Assembly: GCA_036397015.1 (NCBI GenBank) | Contig: DASWJT010000119.1 | Location: 12,248 to 76,247 of the forward strand | From: Thermoanaerobaculia bacterium | GTDB taxonomy: Bacteria > Acidobacteriota > Thermoanaerobaculia > Multivoradales > JAGPDF01 | Reading direction: 5' to 3' | Length of the DNA stretch: 64,000 bases | Part shown: piece by piece, positions 26,106 through 33,986 of the stretch | Position numbering within the stretch: the first letter of the stretch is position 1 | How the letters are laid out: the number at the start of each line of letters is the position of its first letter | The notes under the pieces: model-generated | What the model saw: the letters and a program-made list of their open reading frames with translations, nothing else | Told to the model about the DNA's origin: nothing | Database searches by the model: none | Made by a program: the position numbers and the translations under genes

Positions 26106-26718
26106 GATCGCGGCCTCGCTCCAATTCGCCGGCGTGTCGCGCCGGTTCGGACCGCTGCGCGCGCTGGTCGATGCGAGCGGCGAGGTCGCGGCGGGGGGCG
26201 TGCTCTCGGTGCGCGGGCCGAACGGATGCGGCAAATCGACGCTGCTGCGCTGCCTGGCCGGGCTGCTGCGGCCCGATCGCGGCACGATCGCGGCCCGCGA
26301 GGGGGGGCGCGAGCTTGCGAGCGACGAGCGCCGCTCGCGCGTCGGCTACGTCGCGCCCGACGTCGCCTTCTACGACGAGCTCTCGGGGAGGGAGAACCTC
26401 CGGCTCTACTCCCGGCTGCGCGGCCTCCCCCCCGGGCGCGGCGAGATCCTCCTCGAACGGCTCGGGCTCGCCGGCGAACGGCCGTTCCACGCCATGAGCT
26501 CGGGGATGCGGCAGCGGCTGCGCTGGGCATTCGCGCTGCTGCACGCGCCCGACATCCTCCTCCTCGACGAGCCGTTCCAGAACTTCGACGCGGCGGGCGA
26601 GCGGGCGGCGCGCGAGCTGCTCGCCGAGCGGCTCGCCGCCGGCGCGCTGGCGGTGGTGGCGAGCCCGTCCGACGTCGCGCTGCCGCGGGTGACCGGTGAG
26701 CTCCTCCTGGGCGGCTGA
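26104..26718 (+). CDS. ccmA: heme exporter ABC transporter ATP-binding protein CcmA
   Basis: Typical ABC N-terminus MIAASLQFAGVSRRFG. Walker A GPNGCGKST. ABC signature LSGRENL / SSGMRQRL. Walker B LLLDEP. Small size (204 aa) and position ahead of ccmB and ccmC. Confidence 0.8.
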   Translation: MIAASLQFAGVSRRFGPLRALVDASGEVAAGGVLSVRGPNGCGKSTLLRCLAGLLRPDRGTIAAREGGRELASDERRSRVGYVAPDVAFYDELSGRENLRLYSRLRGLPPGRGEILLERLGLAGERPFHAMSSGMRQRLRWAFALLHAPDILLLDEPFQNFDAAGERAARELLAERLAAGALAVVASPSDVALPRVTGELLLGG

Positions 26719-27373
26719 GGCGGCGGCGGTCTTCGTCAAGGACTGGCGCTGCGAGCTGCGCACCCGCCACGCGGTGGCGACGCTCGCCCTCTTCGCGCTC
26801 ACCACGCTCCTCGTCGCGAGCCTCGTCCTCGGCCCGATCGGCAACGACGCCGAGATGTCCCGCCGCGTCGTGCCCGTGCTCGTCTGGCTGATCGTGCTCT
26901 TCGCCGCCGCCGCCGGCCTGCCGCGCGCCTTCGTGCACGAGGAGGAGAGCCGCACGGCGATCGCGCTCCGGCTCGCCGCGCGGCCGTCGGCGGTCTTCGC
27001 CGGCAAGCTCGTCCACATCGCGACGCTGGTCGCCGCGATCGAGGCGATCGTCGCGCCGCTCGCCGTGGCGCTGTTCGACCTCCGCGTCGCCGCGGCGGCC
27101 GAGCTCGTGGCGGCGCTCGCCGCCGGCGGGCTGGCGATCGCCGCGGCGACGACGCTCCTCGCCGCCATCGTCGCCCAGGGGCGCGGCGCCTCGACGCTCT
27201 TCGCCGTGCTGGCGCTGCCCGTCCTGCTGCCGGCGCTCGCCCTCGCTGTGGCCGCGACACGCGTGGCGCTGACCGGCGTCGCCGAGGGCAACCTCCTCAC
27301 CCTGCTGCTCTTGTATGATGGCTCGGTCGTCGTCGCCGGTTTCCTGCTCTTCCCGGCGATCTGGAATCCGTGA
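26696..27373 (+). CDS. ccmB: heme exporter protein CcmB
   Basis: Six predicted TM helices. N-terminus FVKDWRCELRTRHAV matches the conserved CcmB FxRELR region. GTG at 26696 overlaps ccmA by 23 bp. A different start is possible. Confidence 0.8.
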   Translation: MSSSWAAEAAAVFVKDWRCELRTRHAVATLALFALTTLLVASLVLGPIGNDAEMSRRVVPVLVWLIVLFAAAAGLPRAFVHEEESRTAIALRLAARPSAVFAGKLVHIATLVAAIEAIVAPLAVALFDLRVAAAAELVAALAAGGLAIAAATTLLAAIVAQGRGASTLFAVLALPVLLPALALAVAATRVALTGVAEGNLLTLLLLYDGSVVVAGFLLFPAIWNP

Positions 27374-28035
27374 AGCGCCTCCTCGCACTCTCTCTCTGGC
27401 TGTGGATGGCGGTGGTGATCTGGGCCGCCTTCCACTGGGCGCCGCTCGCCGCCGGCTTCAAGGGCCAGTCGAGCCGCATCCTCTTTTTCCACGTCCCCGT
27501 CGCCTGGGTGTCGTTCGTCGCCTTCATGACCGCCGGCGTCGAGAGCGTCCGCTACCTCGCCGGCCGCCGCGATCCGCGCCACGACCGCTCGGCGGCGGCG
27601 GCAGTCGAGCTCGGGCAGGTCTTCGCCGTCCTCGCCACCGTCACCGGCGCGATCTGGGCGCGCATCATGTGGGGCTCCTACTGGAACTGGGACCCGCGGC
27701 AGAGCGCCATCGTCGTCACCATGCTCTACTACGCCGCCTATCTCGCGCTGCGCCAGGCGATCGCCGACGGTCCCTCGCGGGCCCGGCTCTCCGCCGCCTA
27801 TGCCGTCCTCGGGCTCGTCGTCTCGCCGTTCCTCTACTTCGTGCTGCCGCGGCTCGGCTTCTCGCTCCACCCCGAGCCGGTGATCAACGCCGCGGGCAAG
27901 CTGGAGGTCGAATCCCGCATGCTGGCGGTGCTCACAGCGAGCTCGCTCGGGTTCACGGTACTCTTCTACTGGCTGCATGCGCTCCGGCGCCGGCTGGGCG
28001 CCGTCGCCGCGCACCGCGACGAGGGAGTCGAGTAG
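27370..28035 (+). CDS. ccmC: heme exporter protein CcmC
   Basis: GTG start overlaps the ccmB TGA (GTGA). Tryptophan-rich WWD signature WGSYWNWDPRQ. Conserved histidines in flanking loops. Confidence 0.85.
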   Translation: MKRLLALSLWLWMAVVIWAAFHWAPLAAGFKGQSSRILFFHVPVAWVSFVAFMTAGVESVRYLAGRRDPRHDRSAAAAVELGQVFAVLATVTGAIWARIMWGSYWNWDPRQSAIVVTMLYYAAYLALRQAIADGPSRARLSAAYAVLGLVVSPFLYFVLPRLGFSLHPEPVINAAGKLEVESRMLAVLTASSLGFTVLFYWLHALRRRLGAVAAHRDEGVE

Positions 28036-28146
28036 ATGGGGGGACCAGAGTGGGTGACCGCCGTCAATCTGATCATTTGGACGGGGCTCGTCCTCTGGAT
28101 CTCGCGGCTCGACCGCAAGATCCGCGATTTGGAGCGGGAGCGATGA
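28036..28146 (+). CDS. ccmD: heme exporter protein CcmD (small single-TM protein, 36 aa), absent from ORF track
   Basis: ATG at 28036 lies immediately after the ccmC TAG. Translation MGGPEWVTAVNLIIWTGLVLWISRLDRKIRDLERER has one TM helix plus a basic tail, like CcmD. Its TGA overlaps the ccmE ATG (ATGA). It sits in the canonical ccmC-ccmD-ccmE slot. Confidence 0.5.
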   Translation: MGGPEWVTAVNLIIWTGLVLWISRLDRKIRDLERER

Positions 28147-28538
28147 CGCGCCGAGCCTGGACCGTTGTCGGCATCCTGTTGCTCGTCGGCTTCGCCGGTT
28201 TCGCCTTCGCCACATTCCGCACCACGCTGACGCCCTACGTCAGCTTCGCCGAGGCGCGCGCCGCGAGCCGCGTCGTGCAGGTCGCCGGCGCGCTCGAGAA
28301 GCAATCGACGCGCTACGACACCGAGGCCGAGGCGCTCTACTTCGCGCTGCTCGACGCCGAGACCGGTGCCACCCTGCCGGTGCGCTACCACGGCCTCAGG
28401 CCCGCCAACTTCGAAGACGCCATCTCGATCGTCGCCATCGGCAGCTGGGACGCCGGCGCGCAGGAGTTCCGCGCCGAGAAGCTGCTCGTCAAGTGCCCGT
28501 CGAAGTACCAGGGCGCCGAGGTCAAGACTTACTCATGA
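28143..28538 (+). CDS. ccmE: cytochrome c-type biogenesis heme chaperone CcmE, Cys-type (CxxxY) variant
   Basis: N-terminal TM anchor (WTVVGILLLVGFAGFAFA) followed by an OB-fold-like domain. C-terminal motif VKCPSKYQG is CxxxY in place of the usual HxxxY heme-binding histidine. This variant is described for Desulfovibrio and archaeal CcmE. ATGA overlaps with ccmD and ccmF. Confidence 0.8.
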   Translation: MTRRAWTVVGILLLVGFAGFAFATFRTTLTPYVSFAEARAASRVVQVAGALEKQSTRYDTEAEALYFALLDAETGATLPVRYHGLRPANFEDAISIVAIGSWDAGAQEFRAEKLLVKCPSKYQGAEVKTYS

Positions 28539-30799
28539 GCGGTCTCGCGAGTTACTACCTGCCCGGCGCCGTCGCCCTCTGGTGCGCCGTCGCCTTCGCG
28601 CTGGCCAGCCTGTGGGGCTATGCCGACCTCGCGCGCGGCGACGCCTCGGGGCGCGCGTTCGCGCGCCGCGCCTATCGCTTCTACGTGCTCGCCGTGGTGC
28701 TGGCGAGCTACGTCATGCTGCTCGCCCTCGCCCGCCGCGACTTCCGCATCGACTACGTCTTCCAGTACTCGGGTCTCGACCTGCCCTTCCGCTACCAGCT
28801 CGCCGCCTTCTGGGCGGGCCAGAAAGGGAGCTTCCTGATCTGGCTGCTGTGGGGGGCTCTCCTCGGCCTGCCGCTGCTCAAGGCGAGCGGCAAGCAGGAA
28901 GCGCCGGTCGTCGGCATTTACACCCTGGCCCAGCTCGGCATCCTGTTCATCCTCGTGCGCGAGAACCCGTTCCTCATGCTCGACCGCGCGCCGGCCGACG
29001 GCCAGGGCTTGAATCCCCTGCTCCAGGACAACTGGATGGTCATCCACCCGCCGATCATGTTCGTCGGCTACGCGCTCGCGGCGGTGCCGTTCGCCTTCGC
29101 CATGGCGGCGCTGCTCACCCGCGACACCTCGCAGTGGGCGGCGCGCGCCTTTCCGTGGGCGCTCTCGGGCTTCCTCGTCCTCGGCCTCGCCATCCTGCTC
29201 GGCGGCTACTGGGCCTACAAGACGCTCGGCTGGGGCGGCTACTGGGGCTGGGATCCGGTCGAGAACGCCTCGCTCATCCCGTGGCTCTTCGGCACCGCCC
29301 TGGTGCACGGGCTCTACCTCGAGCGCACGCGCCAGCGCTTCCGGCGCATCAATTTCGTGCTCGCCGCGCTCGTCTTCCTGTCGGTGCTCTACGGCACCTT
29401 CCTGACGCGCTCGGGTGTCCTCGCCGACTTCTCGGTGCACAGCTTCGTCGACCTCGGCATCTCGGGCTGGCTGATCGCGCTGATGGCCGCCTTCCTCGCG
29501 CTGTCGGCGTGGCTCCTCACCACGCGGCTGCGCTCGATCGAGACCCGACCCAACGAGGACCCGCCGCTCTCGCGCGGCACCTTCCTCATGCTTTCGGCGA
29601 CGACCCTCCTGGTCTCGGCAGTGGTGGTGACGATCGGCACCTCGTCGCCGATCTTGACCCGCTTTCGCGACCAGCCGGCGCAGGTCGGTCCCGACTTCTA
29701 CAATCGCGTCAACTTCCCGTTGGCACTGCTCGCCGCCTTCCTTCTCGCGCTCGTGCCGTACCTGACCTGGAGAGGCGAGACGCCGCCGCGCCAGCTGCTG
29801 CGCAAGATCGCGCCGGGCCTCGCCGTCGGCGTCGTCGCCCTCGGCGTCGCGCTCGCCCTCGGCGTCCACGCGCCGCTCGACCTCCTCTTCGTGCTGCTCG
29901 CGGCGACGGCGCTCGCCAACAACTTGCACAAATTCGTCGAGAAGTCGCGCGCCGGCGGTCTCGCCACCGGTGGCGGCTACCTGGCTCACGTCGGCGTCGG
30001 CATCCTCTTTCTCGGCATCCTCGCCTCCTCGGCCTACGACGCGAGCGTCAAGGTCACGCTCGAGCAGGGCAAGGCCGTGCAGACGGGGGACCTCACGCTC
30101 ACCTTCCAGCGCTTCCTCGGCCGCACGGGCGAGCTCAAGGAGCGCGCCGAGGTCGAGGTCGTGCGCGCCGACGGCTCGACGTGGATGGCGTACCCCAAGA
30201 TCTTCGTCAACGACCGCACGCGCCAGCTGATGATCAATCCGGCGATCCGCAGCGGCGTGTTCTCCGACCTCTATCTCTCGCCCCTCGAGTACGACCCGGG
30301 CGGCACGCCCGGCGGCGGCGCCCAGCTTCAGCTCGCCAAGGGAGACGAGGGGCGCGTCGGCGATGTCGCGGTGCGCTTCGTCGACTTCGACTTGGGTGAC
30401 CGCGGCGCGGCGCTCGCCAAGATGGCCGCCGGCGAGATGGTGACCATCCTCGCCCACCTCGAGGTGACGCGCGACGGCGTGACCGAGAGCGTCTCGCCCG
30501 CCTACCGCTTCAGCCAGGGCGGCCGCGCCGAGATGGTGCCGGCGGCGATCCCCGGCGGCGGTCGCGTCGCCGTGACGCGCCTGAACGCCGCCGCGGGCGA
30601 GGTCGAGCTCGCTCTCGACGGCCTCGGCCTCGCCGCCGCTCCCGCCCGCCTCTCGCTCGACATCACCCGCAAGCCGCTCGTGCAGCTCGTCTGGTGGGGG
30701 ATCTACGTCGTCATGATGGGCGGCATCCTCGCCACGATCGGCCGCGTGCGGCAGCTGCGCACGCTCGACGCGATCGCGGCGAGGACTCCGGCTCCCTGA
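28535..30799 (+). CDS. ccmF: cytochrome c-type biogenesis protein CcmF
   Basis: ATG at 28535 (MSGLASYYLPG) overlaps the ccmE stop (ATGA). WWD domain WGGYWGWDPVEN. ~15 TM helices. Length 754 aa. Confidence 0.85.
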   Translation: MSGLASYYLPGAVALWCAVAFALASLWGYADLARGDASGRAFARRAYRFYVLAVVLASYVMLLALARRDFRIDYVFQYSGLDLPFRYQLAAFWAGQKGSFLIWLLWGALLGLPLLKASGKQEAPVVGIYTLAQLGILFILVRENPFLMLDRAPADGQGLNPLLQDNWMVIHPPIMFVGYALAAVPFAFAMAALLTRDTSQWAARAFPWALSGFLVLGLAILLGGYWAYKTLGWGGYWGWDPVENASLIPWLFGTALVHGLYLERTRQRFRRINFVLAALVFLSVLYGTFLTRSGVLADFSVHSFVDLGISGWLIALMAAFLALSAWLLTTRLRSIETRPNEDPPLSRGTFLMLSATTLLVSAVVVTIGTSSPILTRFRDQPAQVGPDFYNRVNFPLALLAAFLLALVPYLTWRGETPPRQLLRKIAPGLAVGVVALGVALALGVHAPLDLLFVLLAATALANNLHKFVEKSRAGGLATGGGYLAHVGVGILFLGILASSAYDASVKVTLEQGKAVQTGDLTLTFQRFLGRTGELKERAEVEVVRADGSTWMAYPKIFVNDRTRQLMINPAIRSGVFSDLYLSPLEYDPGGTPGGGAQLQLAKGDEGRVGDVAVRFVDFDLGDRGAALAKMAAGEMVTILAHLEVTRDGVTESVSPAYRFSQGGRAEMVPAAIPGGGRVAVTRLNAAAGEVELALDGLGLAAAPARLSLDITRKPLVQLVWWGIYVVMMGGILATIGRVRQLRTLDAIAARTPAP

Positions 30800-32103
30800 G
30801 CGCTCCCGTCCACGTCGTCGGCGCCGGCCTCGCCGGCAGCGAGTGCGCCTGGCAGCTCGCGCGGCGCGGCGTGCCGGTCGTGCTGCACGAGATGCGCCCC
30901 GGACGCTCGACGCCGGCGCACGCGACGGACCGTTTCGCCGAGCTCGTCTGCTCGAACTCGCTCAGGAGCGACGACCCCACCCACGCCGCCGGCCTCTTGA
31001 AACGCGAGATGGAGGCGTTCGATTCGCTCGTCATCGCCGTCGCCCGCGAGCACGCGGTGCCCGCCGGCGGCGCGCTGGCCGTCGACCGCGAACGCTTCTC
31101 GGCGGCGATCACCGCGCGTCTCGAGGCGCTGGCCGGAGTCGAGATCCGCCGCCAGGAGGTCACCGTGCTGCCGGCGGGCGACGTCGTCCTCGCCACCGGC
31201 CCGCTCGGCTCGCCGGCGATCTCGGAGATCCTCGCCGCGCTCTGCGGCGGCGAGCACCTCTACTTCTACGATTCGATCGCCCCGATCGTCGACGGCGAGT
31301 CGCTCGACTTCTCGCCGATGTTCGCCGCCTCGCGCTACGGCAAGGGCGGCGGCGACGACTATTGGAACGCGCCGTTCGACCGCGACGGTTACCTCGCCTT
31401 CCACCGCGCCGTGGTCGAGGCCGAGGTCACGCCGCTGCACGAGTTCGAGCGCGACCTCTTCTTCGAGGGCTGTCTGCCGATCGAGGAGCTGGCGCGGCGC
31501 GGTGTCGAGACGCTGCGCTACGGCCCGATGAAGCCGGTCGGCCTGGTCGGCCGCGACGGCCGGCGGCCGTGGGCGGTGGTGCAGCTCCGGCGCGAGAGCC
31601 TCTCGCGCGAGCACTTCAACCTCGTCGGCTTCCAATCGCGCATGAAGTGGGGCGAGCAGCAGCGCGTCTTCCGCACCATCCCCGGCTTCGCCAACGCCGA
31701 GTTCCTGCGCCTGGGGCAGGTGCACCGCAACACCTTCGTCAACGCGCCGCGCTCGCTCGACGCGCTCTACCGGGTGCGGCGGGAGCCGCGAGTGAGGCTG
31801 GCCGGCCAGATCACCGGCGTCGAGGGCTACCTCGAGTCGGCGGCCACCGGGCTCGTCGTCGCCCTCTACCTCGGGCTCGAGCGGCGCGGCGAACGGCCGG
31901 CGCCGCTGCCCGCGTCCACCGCCCTGGGAGCGCTCGCCCGCCATCTCACCGAATCCGATCCCGATCGCTTCCAGCCGGCAAACGTCAACTACGGGCTCTT
32001 CCCGCCACTCGAGCCGGAGCCGAGGAAGCGGGAGCGCCGCGCCGCGCTCGCCGCGCGCGCGCTCGCCGACCTCGCCGCCTGGAGGGCCGCGTGCGCCGCC
32101 TGA
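30796..32103 (+). CDS. trmFO: methylenetetrahydrofolate--tRNA-(uracil54-C5)-methyltransferase TrmFO (Gid); start codon uncertain
   Basis: Conserved N-terminal FAD motif VHVVGAGLAGSECAW plus TrmFO-specific regions (ELVCSNSLRSD, FQPANVNYGLFPPL). No ATG, GTG or TTG lies in frame between the ccmF stop and the FAD motif. CTG at 30796 is the nearest candidate. The only in-frame ATG (30694) adds a 40-aa Arg-rich extension and overlaps ccmF by 106 bp. Confidence 0.8.
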   Translation: MSAPVHVVGAGLAGSECAWQLARRGVPVVLHEMRPGRSTPAHATDRFAELVCSNSLRSDDPTHAAGLLKREMEAFDSLVIAVAREHAVPAGGALAVDRERFSAAITARLEALAGVEIRRQEVTVLPAGDVVLATGPLGSPAISEILAALCGGEHLYFYDSIAPIVDGESLDFSPMFAASRYGKGGGDDYWNAPFDRDGYLAFHRAVVEAEVTPLHEFERDLFFEGCLPIEELARRGVETLRYGPMKPVGLVGRDGRRPWAVVQLRRESLSREHFNLVGFQSRMKWGEQQRVFRTIPGFANAEFLRLGQVHRNTFVNAPRSLDALYRVRREPRVRLAGQITGVEGYLESAATGLVVALYLGLERRGERPAPLPASTALGALARHLTESDPDRFQPANVNYGLFPPLEPEPRKRERRAALAARALADLAAWRAACAA

Positions 32104-33047
32104 TCGCCGGCTTCCTCGAGCACATCGCCCACGAGCGCGGCCTCTCGCCCCACACCGTGCGCGCCTACGGCGCCGATCTCGAGGCGTTCACCACCTTCCT
32201 CGCCCGTTACCAGGACCGCCCGGCCGAGTCGCTCTCTCCGGCCGACGTCGACCTGACGGCGCTGCGCGCCTTCCTCGCCGCGCTCTCCCAGCGCGGCCTC
32301 GCCAAGCGCAGCCAGGGCCGCGCCGTGGCGGCGCTGCGTGCGCTCTTCCGCTGGGCGGCGCGGGTCGGCGAGCTCGCGAGCGACCCCGCGGCTCGCCTGC
32401 GCACGCCGAAGGCGCCGCACACGCTCCCCGAGCACTTGCGCCCCGGCGAGATCGAGGCGCTGCTCGCGGCGCCCGCGGGCGACGGCTTCGCCGCCGTGCG
32501 CGACCGCGCCCTGCTCGAGCTGCTCTACGCCACCGGGCTGCGCGTCTCCGAGCTCGTCTCGCTCGACTGGCTCGAGGTCGACCTGGGCGAGCGTGCGCTG
32601 CGCGTCGTCGGCAAGGGCGGCAAGGAGCGCGAGGTGCCGTTCGGCCGCCCGGCGCAGGAGGCGCTGCGGCGCTGGCGCGAGATCGCCGCCATGCGCTTCG
32701 GGGCCGCCGCGCCAGGCGGCGACGCCGTCTTCCTCAACCGCCGCGGCGGCCGCTTGACCGACCGCTCGGTGCGCCGGATCCTCGACCGCGCCATGGCGGC
32801 GACCGCCCTTGCCCGTGGCGTCCATCCGCACACCCTGCGCCATAGCTTCGCGACGCACCTGCTCGAGCGCGGCGCCGACTTGCGCGCGATCCAGGAGCTC
32901 CTCGGCCACGCCTCGCTGTCGACCACGCAGCGCTACACCCACGTCGACATCGACCACCTGCTCGCGGTGCACCGCGACGCCCACCCGCGCGCGCGCGGCG
33001 AGCCGGGAGACGGACCGACCCCCGGCGCGGGCGGCAAGCCGCGATGA
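32091..33047 (+). CDS. xerC: tyrosine recombinase XerC/XerD family
   Basis: GTG at 32091. N-terminal SAM-like domain (FLEHIAHERGLSPHTVRAYGADLEAF). Catalytic R...HxxR...Y residues (LRHSFATHLLERGADLRAIQELLGHASLSTTQRYTHV). The trmFO-xerC-hslVU order matches the classic gid-codV-clpQY arrangement, which is why I give the symbol xerC. Confidence 0.8.
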   Translation: MRRLIAGFLEHIAHERGLSPHTVRAYGADLEAFTTFLARYQDRPAESLSPADVDLTALRAFLAALSQRGLAKRSQGRAVAALRALFRWAARVGELASDPAARLRTPKAPHTLPEHLRPGEIEALLAAPAGDGFAAVRDRALLELLYATGLRVSELVSLDWLEVDLGERALRVVGKGGKEREVPFGRPAQEALRRWREIAAMRFGAAAPGGDAVFLNRRGGRLTDRSVRRILDRAMAATALARGVHPHTLRHSFATHLLERGADLRAIQELLGHASLSTTQRYTHVDIDHLLAVHRDAHPRARGEPGDGPTPGAGGKPR

Positions 33048-33925
33048 GCACCGACGTCGCCCTGGTCACCTGCCGCGACCTGCCCGAGCTCGATCCCGAC
33101 GACCGACCGCTCGCCGCCGCGCTCTTCGAACGCGGCCTGGCGGTCGAGATCGTCGCCTGGGACGATCCCGCCTTCGACTGGAGCGCGACGCGCCTCGCCG
33201 TGCTGCGCAATTCCTGGGACTACTTCCACCGAATCGACGAGTTCCTCGCCTGGGCTGCGCGCGTCGAGCGGTTCACCCGGCTCGAGAACCCGCTCGCGGT
33301 CGTGCGCTGGAACCTGCACAAAGGCTATCTCGTCGAGCTCGCCGCGCGCGGTGCGCCGGTGGTGCCGACCGCGCTCGTGCGCCGCGGCGAGCGTTTCGAC
33401 CTCGCCCGCCGCGCCGCGGCCGGCGGCTGGCGCCGGATCGTGATCAAGCCGGCCGTGTCGGCGGATTCGTGGGAGACCCACGTCGTCGCGGCGGAGGAGC
33501 TGGCCGCGGCGCAGGCGCACCTCGATCGTCTGGCAGCCGAGCGCGACGTGCTGGTGCAACCGTTTCTCGACGCCGTCGAGAGCGACGGCGAGCGCTGCCT
33601 GGTCTTCCTCGACGGCAGCTACTCGCACGCCGTGCGCAAGAATCCGATCACGCGCGGCGGGCGGTGGACGGGCCTGCCCGAAGGGACGCCGGTCGCAGCG
33701 GCGCCCGACGAGCTCGCCGCCGCCGAGCGGGTGCTCGCCGCCGCCGGGCTCGGCCCGCTGCTCTACGCGCGGGTCGACCTCGTGCGCGGCGCCGCGGACG
33801 ATCCCCTCCTGCTCGAGCTCGAGCTCGCCGAACCGACCCTCTTCCTCGCCGACGCGCCCGCCGGGCTCTCGCGCCTGGCCGACGCCGTCGCCCGCCGCGC
33901 CGTCCCTTCGCGCGCAGCGGACTGA
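33044..33925 (+). CDS. ATP-grasp domain protein (RimK / glutathione-synthetase-like)
   Basis: ATGA overlap with the xerC stop. ATP-grasp-like segments (RRIVIKPAVSADSWETHVV, VLVQPFLDAVESDGERCLVFLDG). Size (293 aa) matches RimK-like ligases. Substrate is unknown. Confidence 0.6.
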   Translation: MSTDVALVTCRDLPELDPDDRPLAAALFERGLAVEIVAWDDPAFDWSATRLAVLRNSWDYFHRIDEFLAWAARVERFTRLENPLAVVRWNLHKGYLVELAARGAPVVPTALVRRGERFDLARRAAAGGWRRIVIKPAVSADSWETHVVAAEELAAAQAHLDRLAAERDVLVQPFLDAVESDGERCLVFLDGSYSHAVRKNPITRGGRWTGLPEGTPVAAAPDELAAAERVLAAAGLGPLLYARVDLVRGAADDPLLLELELAEPTLFLADAPAGLSRLADAVARRAVPSRAAD

Positions 33926-33986
33926 TCCCTCGCGCCGGCGCAGGGCTGCTGCTACTCTCGAGGCTCGAACCCGGAAGGAGGAGCGC

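Noticed and set aside
21769-28215. 805-aa plus ORF 21769..24186 and the 23974..28215 portion of the 2097-aa minus ORF. Also ORFs 22415..23344, 22887..23798, 24183..24800, 24837..25610 and 26015..27388(-)
   Set aside because: Extreme Arg/Ala/Gly/Pro bias. The 2097-aa ORF is a run-through of three different frames' worth of real genes (HEAT-PPIase, then antisense of GT39 and ccmABC). Only its C-terminal 683 aa is real.
28529-31944. 642-aa minus ORF antisense to ccmF and 413-aa minus ORF antisense to trmFO. Also the plus ORF 30843..32090 portion
   Set aside because: Shadow ORFs opposite genes with WWD and FAD-motif evidence.
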